A DNA stretch of 64,000 nt from Mobula birostris (GCF_030028105.1 NC_092398.1:29048424-29112423), one strand, 5' to 3'; shown: positions 10,589 through 24,054, counted from the stretch's first letter. The notes: generated by a model not told the origin, from the sequence alone. Program-made: numbers and translations.

Positions 10589-12692
10589 AACACACATAAG
10601 AGTTGCTGGTGAACGCAGCGGACCAGGCAGCATCTCTAGGAAGAGGTACATTCGACATTTCGGGCCGAGATCCTTCATCAGGACTAACTGAAAAAAAGCT
10701 AGTAAGAGATTTGAGAGTGGGAGGGTGAGGGGGAGATCCGAAATGATAGGAGAAGACAGGAGGGGGTGGGACGGAATGAAGAGCTGGACAGTTGATTCGT
10801 AAAAGGGATATGAGAGAATGATGGGACAGGAGGCCTAGGGAGAAAGAAAGGTGGAGGTGGGAGGCCCAGAGGATGGGCAAGGGGTATAGTCAGAGGGAAA
10901 GAGAGAGAGAAAGGAGAGGAAGAAAAATGAATGTATATAAATAAATAACTGAGGGGGTACGACGGGGAGGTGGGGCATTAGCAGAAGTTTGAGAAGTCAA
11001 TGTTCATGTCATCAGGTTGGAGGCTACCTAGACGGAATATAAGCTGTTGTTCCTCCAACCTGAGTGTGGCTTCATCTTTACAATAGAGGAGGCCGTGGAT
11101 AGACATATCAGAATGGAAATGGGACGTGGAATTAAAATGTGTGGCCAGTGGGAGATCCTGCTTACAAGGATAAGTGCCAGGAGGGAGATCAGTGGAGAGG
11201 GATGGGGGGAGGACCAGTCGACAAGGGAACCGGGTGGGGGGGCGGGAGATGTGCTTAGTGGTGGGATCCCGTTGGAGGTGGCGGAAGTTACGGGGAATTA
11301 TATGTTGGACCCGGAGGCTAGTGGGGTGGTAGGTGAGGACAAGGTGAACGCTATTCCTAGTCGGGTAGCGGAAGGATGGAGAAAGAGCAGATATGCGTGA
11401 AATGGGGGAGATGCATTTGAGAGCAGAGTTGATGGTCGAGGAAGGGAAGCCCTTTTCTTTAAAAAAAAGGAGGACATCTCCTTGGTCCTGGAATGAAAAG
11501 CCTCATCCTGAGAGCAGATGCGGCGGAGACGGAGGAATGGGGATGGCATTTTTGGAAGAGACAGGGTGAGAAGAGGAAAAGTCCAGATAGCTGTGAGAGT
11601 CAGTAGGCTTATAGTGGACATCAGTAGATAAGCTGTCTCCAGAGATAAAGACAGAAAGATATAGAAAGTGGAAGGAGGTGTAGGAAATGGACCAGGTAAA
11701 CTTGAGGGCAGGATGAAAGTTGGAGGCAAAGTTAATGAAGTCAACGAGCTCAGCATGCGTGCAGGAAGCAGCGCCAATGCAGTCATCAATGTAGCGAAGG
11801 AAAAGTGGAGGACAGATACCAGAATAGGTTTGGGACATAGATTGTTCAACAAAGCCAACAAAAAGGCAGGCATAGCTGGGACCCATACGGGTGCCCATGG
11901 CTACACCTTTAGTTTGGAGGAAGTGGGAGGAGCCAAAGGAGAAATTATTAAGAGTAAGGACTAATTCTGCGAAACGGAGCAGAGTGGTGGTAGAGGGGAA
12001 CTGGTTAGGTCTGGAATCCAAAAAAAAAGCGGACAGCTTTGAGACCTTCCTGATTGGGGATGGAAGTATATAGGGACTGGACATCCATGGTGAAAATAAA
12101 GTGGTGGGGGCCAGGGAATTTAAAATCATCGAAGGTTTTAGAGCGTGAGAAGTGTCACGAACATAGGTAGGAAGGGATTGAACAATGGGGGATAAAACAG
12201 TGTTGAGGTATGCAGAAATGATTTCGGTGGGGAAGGAGCAAACTGAGACAATGTGTCTACCTGGACAGGTAGGTTTGTGGATCTCGGGTGGGAGGTAGAA
12301 ACGGGAAGTGCGTGGTTTTGGGAACTATAAGGTTGGTAGCAGTTGATGGGAGATCCCCTGAGCCAGTAAAGTCCCCCTCTGTCCCTCTCACTATACCCCT
12401 TGCACATCCTCTGGGCATACCCCTTCCCGTTTTCTTTCTCCCTAGGCCTCCTATCCCATGATCCTTTCATATCCCTTCTGCAAATCAACTTTAGCTCTTG
12501 GCTCCATCCCTCCCCCTCCTGTCTTCTGTTGTCATATTGGATCTCCCCCTCCCCCACCCCACTTTCAAATCTCTTACTAGCTTTTCTTTCATTTAGTCCT
12601 GACGAATGGTCTCGGCCCGAAAGGTCGACTGTACCTCTTCTTGCAGATGCTGCCTGGCCTGCTGCGTTCACCAGCAACTCTTATGTGCGTTG
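10589..12692 (-). mobile_element. Penelope-like element, internally deleted, with inverted terminal pseudo-LTR
   Basis: RT motifs FLQTKGVAMGTRMGPSYACLFVG and FLRYIDDCIG (11503-12129), plus the C-terminal tail of a GIY-YIG region near 11000-11150. 10589-10900 and 12370-12692 are inverted copies of the same ~310 bp terminal repeat. Confidence 0.85.
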
Positions 12693-13329
12693 CAGCTGGC
12701 TTTTAAGTATATTGTTTATTATATCTCTCCTCTCACTGTGAAACGGGGATACCTCTTTTTCCCTTATGAGAGAGAGAGAGAGCCCGCGGTATGTCGAATA
12801 CGGGGTGAATGAGTAGTCTTTGGGGTACTGCAAGTCCGTGTCCTTATTGATGCTTTGCTGCATGCTTGAGTTCTTCGTGGGGGTGGTAATGCTTTTTTAC
12901 TGGTGGGGGAGAGGGGTGATGTTGCCTTGCTGCTGCTTATGCGTGGGAGGGGTGAGCTGGGGGGTGGGCTTTGGGGTTCTAACATTTAACCGTCATTCAT
13001 TTTTTGGGGTACCCCTCTGTTTTCATGGATGTTTGCAAAGAAAGGGAGTTTCAGGGTGTATATTGTATACATTCCTCTGACATTCAATGCACCTTTGAAA
13101 TGTGATGTTGAGATGCCAATGGCAAAAGTTGCAAAGGTCAACAGATGTTTGAAGGAAGAGGTAACTAAGCTACTTAGAGGAGCAGAGAGGTGCAGATATT
13201 ACAGGTGATAATTCTTAAGAGCTGCCGACAATGGACTGGGTGGCGTAAGAAACCAGGGATGAGGTGACTACCTTCTCTGGAATCTCACTAGGCTGTGGCC
13301 TCAGCCTCCTTCTCTTTTTCTTGTACACT

Positions 13330-14560
13330 CACAACTGTGCGGCCACAGTCTGTGCTACTCCATCTACAGGTTTGAGGGAGACACCACTGTAGTGGGCAGA
13401 ACCTCAAAAAGCAATGAGGGGGAGGAGAGGAAGATACAAGAGAGCCTAGTGGCATGGAGTCGTGACGACGGCCTCTCCCTGACTGTCAGCAGAACAAAAG
13501 GCTTTGTCAGTAACATCAGGAAAGAGGCACATGTTCTTGTTTCCATCTTTGGTACTGAGGCTCAGAGGGTTAAGAGCTTCATATTCCTAGGTGTGAACAT
13601 CACTAATGTTCTATCCTTGTCCAACCACCTAAACGCCAAGGCCAAGAGCACTCACCAATGCCTGTGTTTCCTCAGGAGGCTAAAGAAATCTAGCATGTCC
13701 CTTTTGACCCTCTCCGAGGGTCGTCACCTTATCATGGCGGGGAGGCTCGTGAGTTCCTGAGGTCCTGAGAGTAATGCCGCCTGGAGTTTAGGCCCTGATA
13801 GGGTCACCCACGGTGGTAAGGTTAACGGAGAAGTTCCAGACAAAGAGCGATGCAACTAAGACCTCAGTTGTAGGGCTGGCGGAAGATAATGACACATCAC
13901 AATGACAGTGAGGGCCGGGGACGGCTGTAGCAGTGACGGGTCTCCAGTTGCCTTGCACTCCAGCCACTAGACCCTGTCCTGAATCTGTCAATGACCGTGC
14001 ATCAGCATCTCCACGTCGAACAATGCCACGCATAGCTGTTCTCCATTAAGGGAATAACCCCTTTGGAGAGTGTCATACCCGACTCGAGTAACCGTTCTAC
14101 CCTCGTAATCAACGGCACCGGAGAATGCCATCATGGCTTGATGGGGCAACGGCTCTTCACGTGACTGCAAGAAACTGTGGAGCTGCGGGCCACAACTCAG
14201 CACATCGCGGAAACTGGCTTCTCCTCCATATACTGCTCGCTGCTTCAGCAAAACAGCCAACATAACCAAGGACCCCACCCAGCCCAGACATTCTCTGTTC
14301 TCCCCTCTGCATTGGGCAAAAGCCTGAAAGCATGCACTACCGGGCTCACGGACAGATTCCATTCTGGTTATAAGGCCGGTGAATGGTCCTCTAGTCAGAT
14401 GAGGTGGAATCTGGACCTCATAATCTCTCTGGTTGTTGCCTGTGCTGTGCTTTCTCTGTTACTGGAAGACCCTACTCTTCATTGTGTGATTGCTTTCCCC
14501 TTGTACCATCTCAGTGCGCTGATGTGATAAATGATTTGCTGGTGTGGCAGGCAAAATGAA
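13330..14560 (+). mobile_element. LINE 3' fragment (Rex1/Babar-like) containing a 5'-UTR-type RTE/Expander-like insert (~13720-14105)
   Basis: ORF KSFIFLGVNIT...QCLCFLRRLKK. The host resumes after a duplicated ACCCTC. The insert begins GTCACCTTATCATGGCGGGGAGGCTCGTGAG, resembling RTE 5' ends. Confidence 0.55.
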
Positions 14561-15811
14561 ATTTTCCCACTGCTTTCAAGATGTTTGAGGCCATCTTCAA
14601 AAGGCAATGCCTGAAAAGGGGGGCATCCGTCATTAAGGACCCCCATCACCCAGGATGTACCCTCTTCTCATTGCTACCATCGGAGAGGAGGTACACGGAC
14701 CTGAAGGCACACACTCAATGTTTTAGAAACAGCTTCTTCTCCACCCCCCACCACATTTCCAAATGGTCCATTTCCTCATGAATACTATTTTGCTCTCTTT
14801 TCTCTCTACTTATTTATTTTAATGTATTGTCATGTATATATTGAAATCTATAGCATTTTGTATGCATTGCAATGTTCTGCTTGCAAAACAATCGATTTCA
14901 CGACACGTCAGTGATATTAAACCTGATTCTGTGCTTGGGGTCACATGACAATTTCAGTGTGGTAGAAACATGGACAAGCCACACAACATATTGCACATGT
15001 TTCCAGTGAATGCTTGATATTCACTCAGGGGCCACTTTATTGGGTACTTTAATGCAAGTATCTAATCAACCCATCATTTGACAGCAGCTCAATGCATGTG
15101 TTTTTGTTCAGACTAAACATCAGAATGGGAGAAGAAATGTGTTCTAAGTGACTTTGACTGTTGGTGCCAGATAGGGTGGTTTGAGTATCTACTGTGAGAT
15201 CGAGAATCTCCGGAGACGAAGACGAAGGCCCCAAATCCTCGGCTTTGCATATCGCCTGTTGCTGGGGCTGGGGTTGAAACGCTCGGCAGTAATGGTGCTC
15301 TGTGCTCGGTGTTGAATAGGTGGTCAGAGGCTCGGAGTTTTTCGGACGGACTCGGAGTTGGACTGTGGTCGGATGCTTCCGGGATGCTGCATCGGCAAGT
15401 TGGCAGCACTGGAGGTTTACCGTCTGTGTGAGATGATGGGACTTTCGAGAGACTCTGTGACTTTTACTGTGCCATGGTCTGTTCTTATCAAATTATGGTA
15501 TTGCTTTGCACTGTTGTAACTATATGTTATAATTATGTGGTTTTTGTTAGTTTTTAAGTCGGTTTGTCACGTGTTTTTGTGTTATCTTTCTGGAAAAACA
15601 TTTTTATCATTTCTTAATGCATGCATTACTAAATGACAGTAAAAGGGGACTGCGTGTCCTCATAATCATAATCATAAGATGTTAATGAGAGAGGTCAGAG
15701 GAGAATGGCCAGACTGGTTCATACTGACAGGAAGACAACAGTGAGTCAAATAACCACACATTAAAACAGCAGTGTGCAAAAGAGCATCTTGAATGCACAG
15801 CATGTGCACCT

Positions 15812-15968
15812 TGAAGTTTGTACGTTCTCCTTGTGACCATGTGGGTTTCCTCTGGGTGCTCTGGTTTTCTCCCACAGTCCCCAGACCTACTGGTTGGTAG
15901 GTTAATTGGTCTTTGTAAATTGTCCTGTGATTAGACTAGCATTAAAATGGGGTTTCTGGATGGCACAG
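15812..15968. mobile_element. HE1/V-SINE-type SINE fragment (similar fragments at ~23100, ~46870, ~58830, ~62000)
   Basis: GTACGTTCTCC..GTGACC..GTGGGTTTCCTC.GGGTGCTC.GGTTT.CTCCCACA core typical of V-SINE/HE1. Confidence 0.6.
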
Positions 15969-17353
15969 CTCAAAGGAGAAGGGCCTAAAATATTTGGGCA
16001 ATAAACAATAAACCTACACTTAACAATAATCAACCAATTTACCAATTTCAAAGTGGAAGAAAGACGGCAAGCCACACTATATATTACATAAATTTCCAGT
16101 TCCATCCTCCATAAATTTGCATATTTTAAATTCTGTGCATTCTTTGGGGAGATGAGGAACTTAACTCAGCTTCGGGGAAGTTTCACATGGGAGGTCCCGT
16201 GTTGGCTCTGTGCCCAAGACACAAAATTATATTCTGCAGCACACTGAAATGCACTGAATTTGAATTGGGGGATTTCTCAAGCTGTGTTCCTTTGTTCAAC
16301 CAGGAAATGGTCTCGTTTAAATATCCTTACAATCAATTACACTGGATTATCCACATAACAATAATTTTTTGAGCAGAGAGCAGCAGTTACTGAATAAGAT
16401 CTGGTTTCTTTTCTATCATATGTCCCTTGTTCAAGGTTCAAAGTAGATGTATTATTAAAGTACATATATGTCACCATACAGAACTCTGAGATTCATTTCC
16501 TTGTCGGCATACGTACATAGTAAATCCAATGTTCCGGATTCTTCTCTGAGAACCCATGAGTCCACAATTTAAGTGTAGAAAAGTAGCATCACATACTTAA
16601 TGTCCATTTTGGGAGATTAACCCCCAGCAGTTTACAAAACTGGAAAAATGGGAGCCCTATGAAGAGTCTTGGCCCAAAATATCAACTCTTATTCCTGTAG
16701 CCGCTGAGTTCTTCTGGAATTTTGTGTGTGTGTTACTCAAAAGTGGAAAATACTGGATTTTCCTCTGGTCAGGCTAAAGGATTCAGTGTGACTCTGGTCT
16801 GAAGTCCTGGGTAAAACACTAAGCAGAGAAAAGATTATGAGATGACTCATGCGTGAAGCTTCTGAATAACAGGAAGGGTGAAATGCAACAGATTTAAATA
16901 AAGTAGGAGGAACATCTACTGAACTTCATTTTGAAGAACCTTTCTGCCCCAGTGTTTCATGTGTAGATGTAGATTGATCTAGGAGCAGGTTTAAAGATCT
17001 GCACAACATCTTGCGCCAAAGGGCCCGTCTGTGCTGTAATGTTCTGTGAAGTCGTGAGGGACAGAGAGAAGGTGCATACAATCTTTTTCTCCAGGTTGGG
17101 TGGAAGAAAGAGAGTGAGAAAGAAAGACTTATAAAGGATCTGAGGAGAAACTTGTCCAACACGAAGTCATGTACTTGTGGGGAATGAGCTGGCAGAAGAA
17201 TGTTTGAAGCAGGTATAGTTATGACATTTAAAAGGTGTTTGGGCCATGAAAGATTAAATGATCTAAAGATTAGCCTCACTTGTCACATGTACATCGAAAC
17301 ACATATCGAATCATAAACCCAAGAGCTTCTTTGGATGCTGGAAATTCAGAGTA

Positions 17354-18528
17354 TGTCACAATGGAGGCGCTGGTAGCGGATCAAAATGCAAGACACGGAC
17401 ACTAAAGTACAAAGAACAGGACTTGACTAGAGTAGGGACATGACAAGATACAGACAAGGAGCCGGGACAAGAACGTAGACTAGGATTTGGACCCCGAGCA
17501 AGAGACCGGACAAGGACCCAGAACCTGGGTCTTGCCTCGGGCTCTGGCCCCAGAACCAGGCAGGGACATGACATGACTGCAGGACTGGAGGCTGGGGGCT
17601 TGATGCTTGATGCTTCAGCTTGGAGACAGGCTTGGGCTCTTGAGGCTTGAGCTTGGAGACAGGCTTCGGGTCTTCGGTCTTGAGGCCTTTAGGCTGGGGT
17701 CTTTGGTCTTGACATGCGGAGGCTTGGGTATGGACTCCGAGCCAGAGACTGGGCAAAGACCCAGAAACTAGGACTTGACTTGGGCTCGGACTCCAGAACT
17801 AAGCGAGGACAAGAGGCAGCTACAGAACTGGGCATGGCTTGGGTGAGGAACTCCTGGGTAGGGCAAGACACAAGGACAGGACTCAGATAGGACTGGACTG
17901 AGCAGAGACTGGACGAGGTCCTTCTGGAGCACGGAGCCTTGGACTAGAAGAGACAGGAGCACGGAACACAGAGCTGGGACCCCTCCTTGGGAACAGGACG
18001 TGGGGCCGGGACTCATACACAGAGCACTGAACATGAAGAGATAGGTCTTAACACAAGGTGGCGGCAAACGGCCGGACCTATCTAGCAAAGGCGTGGACAC
18101 AGAGAGACAATTCCACACAATAAAAGACAGTTCCTTATCTTGACCTAACAAGGCTCCGGTCTTGCTCCAGCAGTAAGACTTCAGTGATACAGGCAAGGTG
18201 TCCAAGCTAAGTGAGCAGGCAGAGAGTCAGGCGAGGCATCCAGGCAGAGAGTCAGGCGAGGCATCCAGGCAGAGAGTCAGGCGAGGCATCCAGGCAAGGA
18301 GTCAGGTGAGGTATCCAGGCAGAGAGTCAGGCGAGAGGGGAAAAGACAGAGAGGGGAACAGAACAGTCCAGCAGGGAATCCCTGCTTTGCAGAGGTATTT
18401 ATGTCTCAGCCTCATAACGAGAAACATGTGCCGACAACAGAAACTGGGGAAAACCAGAAACCCCAGAACAAGGAACCATGGGCCGGACCGTCAACCAGAA
18501 CACGGAATTCACGGACCGGACTATGACA
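17354..18528 (-). mobile_element. Solo LTR or non-autonomous LTR element with internal tandem repeats
   Basis: TGTCAC...TGACA termini, 5-bp TSD GAGTA/GAGCA, internal short tandem arrays (e.g. GGCGAGGCATCCAGGCAGAGAGTCA). Confidence 0.75.
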
Positions 18529-20429
18529 GAGCAACGCTTTGTGTGAACGATGATCACAGACTGAGGATTGCGCTGCAGGCCTTGCCATGCTTTTGAAGCC
18601 TTCGTAGCATTCCCACATGGATAGGAAAGATTTAGAGCAGTGGTTCCCTTCCTGGGGTTCTGAGATGCCTCTGTTAATGGTCGGGGTCCATGGCATAAAA
18701 CAATGTTGAGAACCCCTGGTACAGAGGGACATGGACCAAATGCAGGTTTCTGTCCTGCTGTTTGAAGACCATTGAATCATTCTCTAGTATGACAAGATGG
18801 GCTCTGGATCACACCGTGTGCCTCTCCATGGCCTTACAGCTTATTGTCTACCTACTTACACTCTGAAACTGTATCTCTTTGTTCTGTATTCTGTTATTGT
18901 TTTATCCTCATACTACCTCAATGCACAGTTGTAATGAAATGATCTGCATGAATGGCATGCACTGTACCTTCATTAGGCTACTCGCTCAGATTAATTCAGT
19001 TCAAGATCGAAAATTATTTATTGTCATTCTTCAGTACAGGAGTGTAAAGGCAAACAAAATAATTGTTACTCCCAGTCCAAAGCGTCACAAAACAATACAA
19101 TTAGAAGACCAGTAAATATAAAAGCAATTCTATAAAACAGAATGTACAAGTGAGAGTTTGAGTGCAGCCATATATACTCAAGATTAGCTTATACACAGGG
19201 ACTGATTGTATGTACACAAAGTGACAGTAGGTACAAGATTCTGTTATCCTCGGCTTCGTAAATCCAGGGAAGACAATCTCCAGCCCCGCCAAACATGTGA
19301 GACTAAGTCACGAGCCCACCCTGAAATCCCCTGTTCGTGTGTAATTTGTTACCCTGTTACAAATGAGTGCATGAAATTACAGACAGTACAATGCATTCAG
19401 TTAAAAGATTTAGCTTTACTATTCTTAACTTGACGAAAGGGTTAGTGAAGAAAGAACAAAAAAAAAGAAAAGGGCCCATTTTTGTGAAGCAGTCTAATGT
19501 GCACAAGTTGGACTCTCGGTTTCCCCATCGGTGATCCTCCATCGATCACCCCGGGCTTTGTCGAATCACGGTCCTGCTCTGGGTCCAATCCTACAGCCTC
19601 TTCTCTCCCGCGTGTTCTCTCTTCATCTCTCTCTGACAAGAGCCCCAAGCCCAACCTTAGTATCTCTCACCAGAGAAACCTCCCTTAATCCGACCATCCT
19701 AATTGGATGGTACACAATTCTCCCATCTCTTATCTTCAACAATAACCCAAACATAAGCTGAAAACAAGCAGCTCATACAGAACAGCACAAAATGAAATAC
19801 AAAACAGCATAACAGTAAAAAAATATATGAACCAGGGCATTACATGCACATAAGATTACTGACAGGAACAAGGCCTGTTCCCGAGCTGTGTGACTCTGAT
19901 GGACAGCATAGTCATGATGGGCCACAGGACCTGCTCCTATGCTGACTGACCTTATTGTGTCAGTGCACAGACGGTGGGGACACTGTCAGCCACACCCTCT
20001 TCAGCCTTGGTCATCCAGTACAGAGGGGCAGGGAGAAAGGCTGATGCCCCAGTTAATCTGCTCCTGGTAGCTGGGTAAGATAATTACCTGTGGGTTTTGG
20101 AGGTGGGTAGTGGAGGGTTCTGACTAAGCTGATTACCTGGCAATGTTTGAGGGAGAGGGAGATGCCTGTGCCTGGGCAGATGTGGAAAAATAACATGCAC
20201 AGTGACTATGGGTAGTACAGAGGTACTTCGAGACCTTTGGGCACTCTGGGTAGCAGGGGGCTAAATGCTATACTCGATGAGGATAGGAATGTGTTAGCTT
20301 AAACTGTATTAGTCATAATTTGCCTGTTTCTGTTTGTAATGCAGTCTGTAATGCACTGTAGTGGTTTGAATTTATAATACATGTAGTTTTGTAAATAAAC
20401 TGGTGGGGGCGCTATTGTCAGCAATTTGC

Positions 20430-20709
20430 CTTGCATTTGTAGAGTTGGCTCTGTTCCAAGTTCAACATAACTTCCATGATGTTATGATGTAGACAGCTTG
20501 GCATTCAGGATCAGAACTTCCTTGGTACGGTTGACTTCAAAGACAGGGTTTGAGGTGGTTCAGACCACTGACAAAGTCTTTCAACAGTGGAATACTGGCC
20601 AAAAATTTCCTGACAGAGAAATCAAAATAGGTGATGTCTTTGCCAACGTAACCAAATCGCAGGCCTGTTTCTGAGAACCACAGAGCTGTGTAGGAGTCGA
20701 CTGTCTTCC
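20430..20709 (-). pseudogene. Decayed MHC membrane-distal domain exon (paralogue of exon 2, or a WA alpha1)
   Basis: Acceptor TTCATCAG|GG in phase 1. GKTVDSYTALWFSETGLRFGYVGKDITYFDFSVRKFLASIPLLKDFVSGLN aligns to exon 2 (FS..L.F.Y.G....F....KF.A..P..K.....LN), followed by stops/frameshifts. The 3' boundary is uncertain. Confidence 0.7.
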
Positions 20710-22395
20710 CTGATGAACACAATTGAGAAGAAGGATAGTTGAAGAGCCGTCTCAAGGGTAGGGTGTGTTGCGAATGAATTGCATGAAACATGGTGATTTC
20801 AATCTTCTGAGTTGCAGGTTCCATCTGACTATAAGTTACAATTTCAATCCATTTGCTCCCTTGCTAGACAACACACTTGTTAGACCACACTTACGTTGAC
20901 CATGTGACTATCAGAAATGGCTGAGAGTATTGGATACAACAAAGTTTACGGGAGCAGAAGCCACCGCAGCTATAGTACTGTAGACCAGAACTAGGCATGC
21001 CTCTAATGAATAGTGGGGAGAAGCAAAGGGATCTTGGGGCTCACATCCATAGATCGCTCAATGTTTGGTAGGACAAGTTATCAGATCAGGTTTAATACCA
21101 CTGGCATATGTCATGTAAATTGTTGATTTGTTGTCTTGTGGCAATTATTGACATATAAACTATGAATCACAATAAGCAGGGCATATAGAATTAAATAAGT
21201 ACTGCAAAAAGAGAGGGAAAAATTCTGAGGTGGTGTTCATGGGTTCATTGTCTATTCAGAAATCTGATGGACGAGGGGAAGATTCTGTCCCTGAAACATT
21301 GAATGTGCCTCCTCAGGTTCCCATACCTCCTCCTTGATGGTAGCAAAAATGAAGACATGTCCTAGGTGATGGGGTCCTTTGTGATGAATGCTACCTGCCT
21401 GAGGTATCGCCTTTTGAAGATGTCCTGGATGTTGAGGAGGCTAGTGCCCATGATGCAGCTGGCTGAGTTTACAACTTTCTACAGAGTTTTCTGATCCCGT
21501 GTCATGGCCCCTCCATAACAAACTGCAATGCAACCAGTTTGAATGCTCCCCATAGTACATCTATAGAAATCTGCATGTGTCCGTAGTGACATACTAATTT
21601 TCTTCCAACTCCCAATGAAATACAGCCGCCATTGAGACTTCTTTGTAATTGCATCAATATGTTGAACCCAGGTTAGAGCTTCAGAGATGTTAATACCCAA
21701 GAGAAACCGTTCACCTTTCCACTGTTATGCTTTAAGAAAGGGTATGGTGTATTGGCCTTCAATTAGTCAGGGAATTTAATTCAAGAGTGAGGAGGTAATG
21801 TTGCAGCTCTATTAAACGCTGGTTTGACCCTATTTGGAGTATTGTGTTTAGTTCTGGTCACCTCATCGGAAGGATGTGGAAAATTTAGAGAGGGTGCAGA
21901 GGTGATTTACCAGGATTCTGCCTGGAGTGGTGAGCATGTCTTATGGGAAAAGACTGAGCGAGCTCAGGCTTTTCTTTTTGGAGCGAAGGAAGGCGAGAGA
22001 TGACTTCAGGGAGGTCTACAAGATGATATCAAGTGGATGGTCACTAAATCCATGCCGTGTTTTTCACTTGCCTATTTCAATGCTTCAAGTCTTTTGCTTC
22101 ATTCGATATGATTGGGACTGATACTCTGATTTCAACATATTCTTTCTCTTTACTTACTCATTTTGATAATTTCTACATCCAGAAATCTATCTTTCTTCTT
22201 AAAGGTAATGATAAAGATTAATTTGTCACAGGTATATTGAAAGCAAACATGCAGAGTAATATGTCGTTTGCATTAACAACCAACACAACTTAAGGTCGCC
22301 ACACATTCTGGCGCCAACGTAATATTTATCGGAACAATATGAGCAACAAAACAACAATAGAACAACAACAACAAAGCAGGCTCTATTCCTCCCGA

Positions 22396-22396
<1 letters not shown>

Positions 22397-22442
<46 letters not shown>
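22397..22442. repeat. (CA)n microsatellite
   Basis: About 22 perfect CA units. Confidence 0.97.
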
Positions 22443-22444
<2 letters not shown>

Positions 22445-23349
22445 TGGTCCTCCAACCCCAGGACAGTCTGCCTTTGAGCATCCAACCTCCGATGATCTTG
22501 GCGATATCAACCTCCAGACTTCCGTTTGACCTTCAGGCTTCGATATTTGCTATTGACCCCAGGACCTGCCAGTGAAAGGACCTTGAACTCCAGACTTGCC
22601 AACTCATGCACCAAAGGGATCACCTGTCCTCATGCCTCCTGCCCACGTGAATCCACAGACCCGGGCAGATTCAGGGGGTCAGTGCATATTGGTCCATCTT
22701 GAAGGTAACCCTCTTCATATAAGCTAGAACAGGTGGTTGGCTTTGAAGGTCTGTGAAACTCAGGAAAAAAAAACACTGCAGATACCTGATTGGAATTGCC
22801 CAAGATTTCCAGCATTTCTGTGTTATTTCACTTACACCTCAAGTCTTTTGCCTCATTCATTACGATAATGTCTAATCCCATCAAAACGTAATGCTTTTGT
22901 TCTTTCCTCACACTCTTCGATGACTTCTACTTGCAGAAATCTATCTGTCTTCTTAAAGATTAAGGTGAAGATTGGCTTTATTTGTCACATGTACCTTGAC
23001 ACATACAGTGAAATGCGATGTTTGCATCGAATCAATCAGTGAAGATTGTGCCAAGGGCAGGATGCAAGTGTCACCATGCTTCTGGCACCAGGATAGCCTG
23101 CCCCCAGCTTGCTAACCCTAACTGTACGTGGGAGGAAACGGGAGCTCCTGGAGGAAACACACACCGTCATGGGGAGAAAGTACAAACTCCTTACAGACAG
23201 CAGCAGGAATTGAACACCGATTGGTGATTGCTGGCGCTTTAATGGCATTTTGCTAACCGCTACGCTACAATGCTGCAAAATCCTAATGATGTGCCAGACT
23301 GGCTGATTTTCTAGGCTGTTGGATGTTGTCTTTTAACGCCCCTGCCTAC

Positions 23350-24050
23350 TCAGTTTTATTTTTAACGTATGAATGATAATGAAATAATTATTCCCATGAA
23401 TAAAGTGAGCCCTGATGAGTTTAAATGTGAATAATTCATTTAAGGAGGTGTCACAGACAGATGAATGTGATTCAGAAATCAGCACAGGAAAGCAAGAGTA
23501 ACACTGGTGATCATGCAAAGAGTTTAAAGCAGATTCAAAAGCTGCAGGACCAACTTTCTGCACAACGAGGAATAATATGTGCTTTTGCCTCTGAACAAGG
23601 GTAGGAAGGTGAATATGGAGATATTGATTGGCATGATTTAGCAGATGAAGCTACTAGATACGGCTACGATAACTACTAAGCACCGCTTCCCGAGGAACTG
23701 CCACCAGCTCCCTGCCCGCGGGAGCTGGTGCTACTGTCTGCACGATTGGCATCGATAGTTACTATTGGAGCGGGGGGAGCAAGGGGAGAGAATCAAAATC
23801 AGAATATAACATACACCACACTTTTCGGGCATTTTAGAGATTTTGCTCAGAATATCGGGACACTTGTGCTCAGAAACGATCCTTGAAAGCCTTTCCAAGC
23901 AACTAGTCATCAGGGTGTAATACATGGCCTAGATGATTCTGAGGAAAGGAAATTGATTATAATGTGTTTACATCCAGATATAAACTCTTCCAGCTATAAA
24001 ATGGCATGGTGAGGGAACAAGTGTGGAACTGAAGAACACAATTTTGACTG
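23350..24050 (+). mobile_element. Degraded retroviral gag-like remnant
   Basis: The frame from 23527 is ~175 codons with 4 internal stops: coiled-coil KQIQKLQDQLSAQRGII, DIDWHDLADEA, Pro-rich APLPEELPPAP, then HGLDDSEERKLIIMCLHP. Same strand as and adjacent to the env-like remnant. Confidence 0.5.
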
Positions 24051-24054
24051 TTAA

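Noticed and set aside
13988-14362. Protein-like ORF (AFSGAVDYEGRTVTRVGYDTLQRGY...)
   Set aside because: It is the antisense of a LINE fragment plus an RTE-type 5' UTR insert.
16020-16330. Ig-like words (KWKKDGKP on plus, ISWLNKG on minus)
   Set aside because: Isolated motifs surrounded by stops, with no flanking cysteines or splice context.
19100-19360. Possible decayed beta2m-like Ig exon (VTNYTRTGDFRVGS*LSLTCLAG...YGC) downstream of the 20.6 kb exon
   Set aside because: Cys-Cys spacing is about 43 instead of about 55, there is no FxP or core Trp in frame, and several shifts are needed. It cannot be distinguished from chance without an HMM search.
1674-20709. Three-domain class I heavy chain model (20.6 kb exon as alpha1, then the 7.1 kb and 1.8 kb exons)
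   Set aside because: The upstream exon is disrupted and looks alpha2/beta1-like, and a leader exon with its own CpG island lies directly 5' of exon 2.
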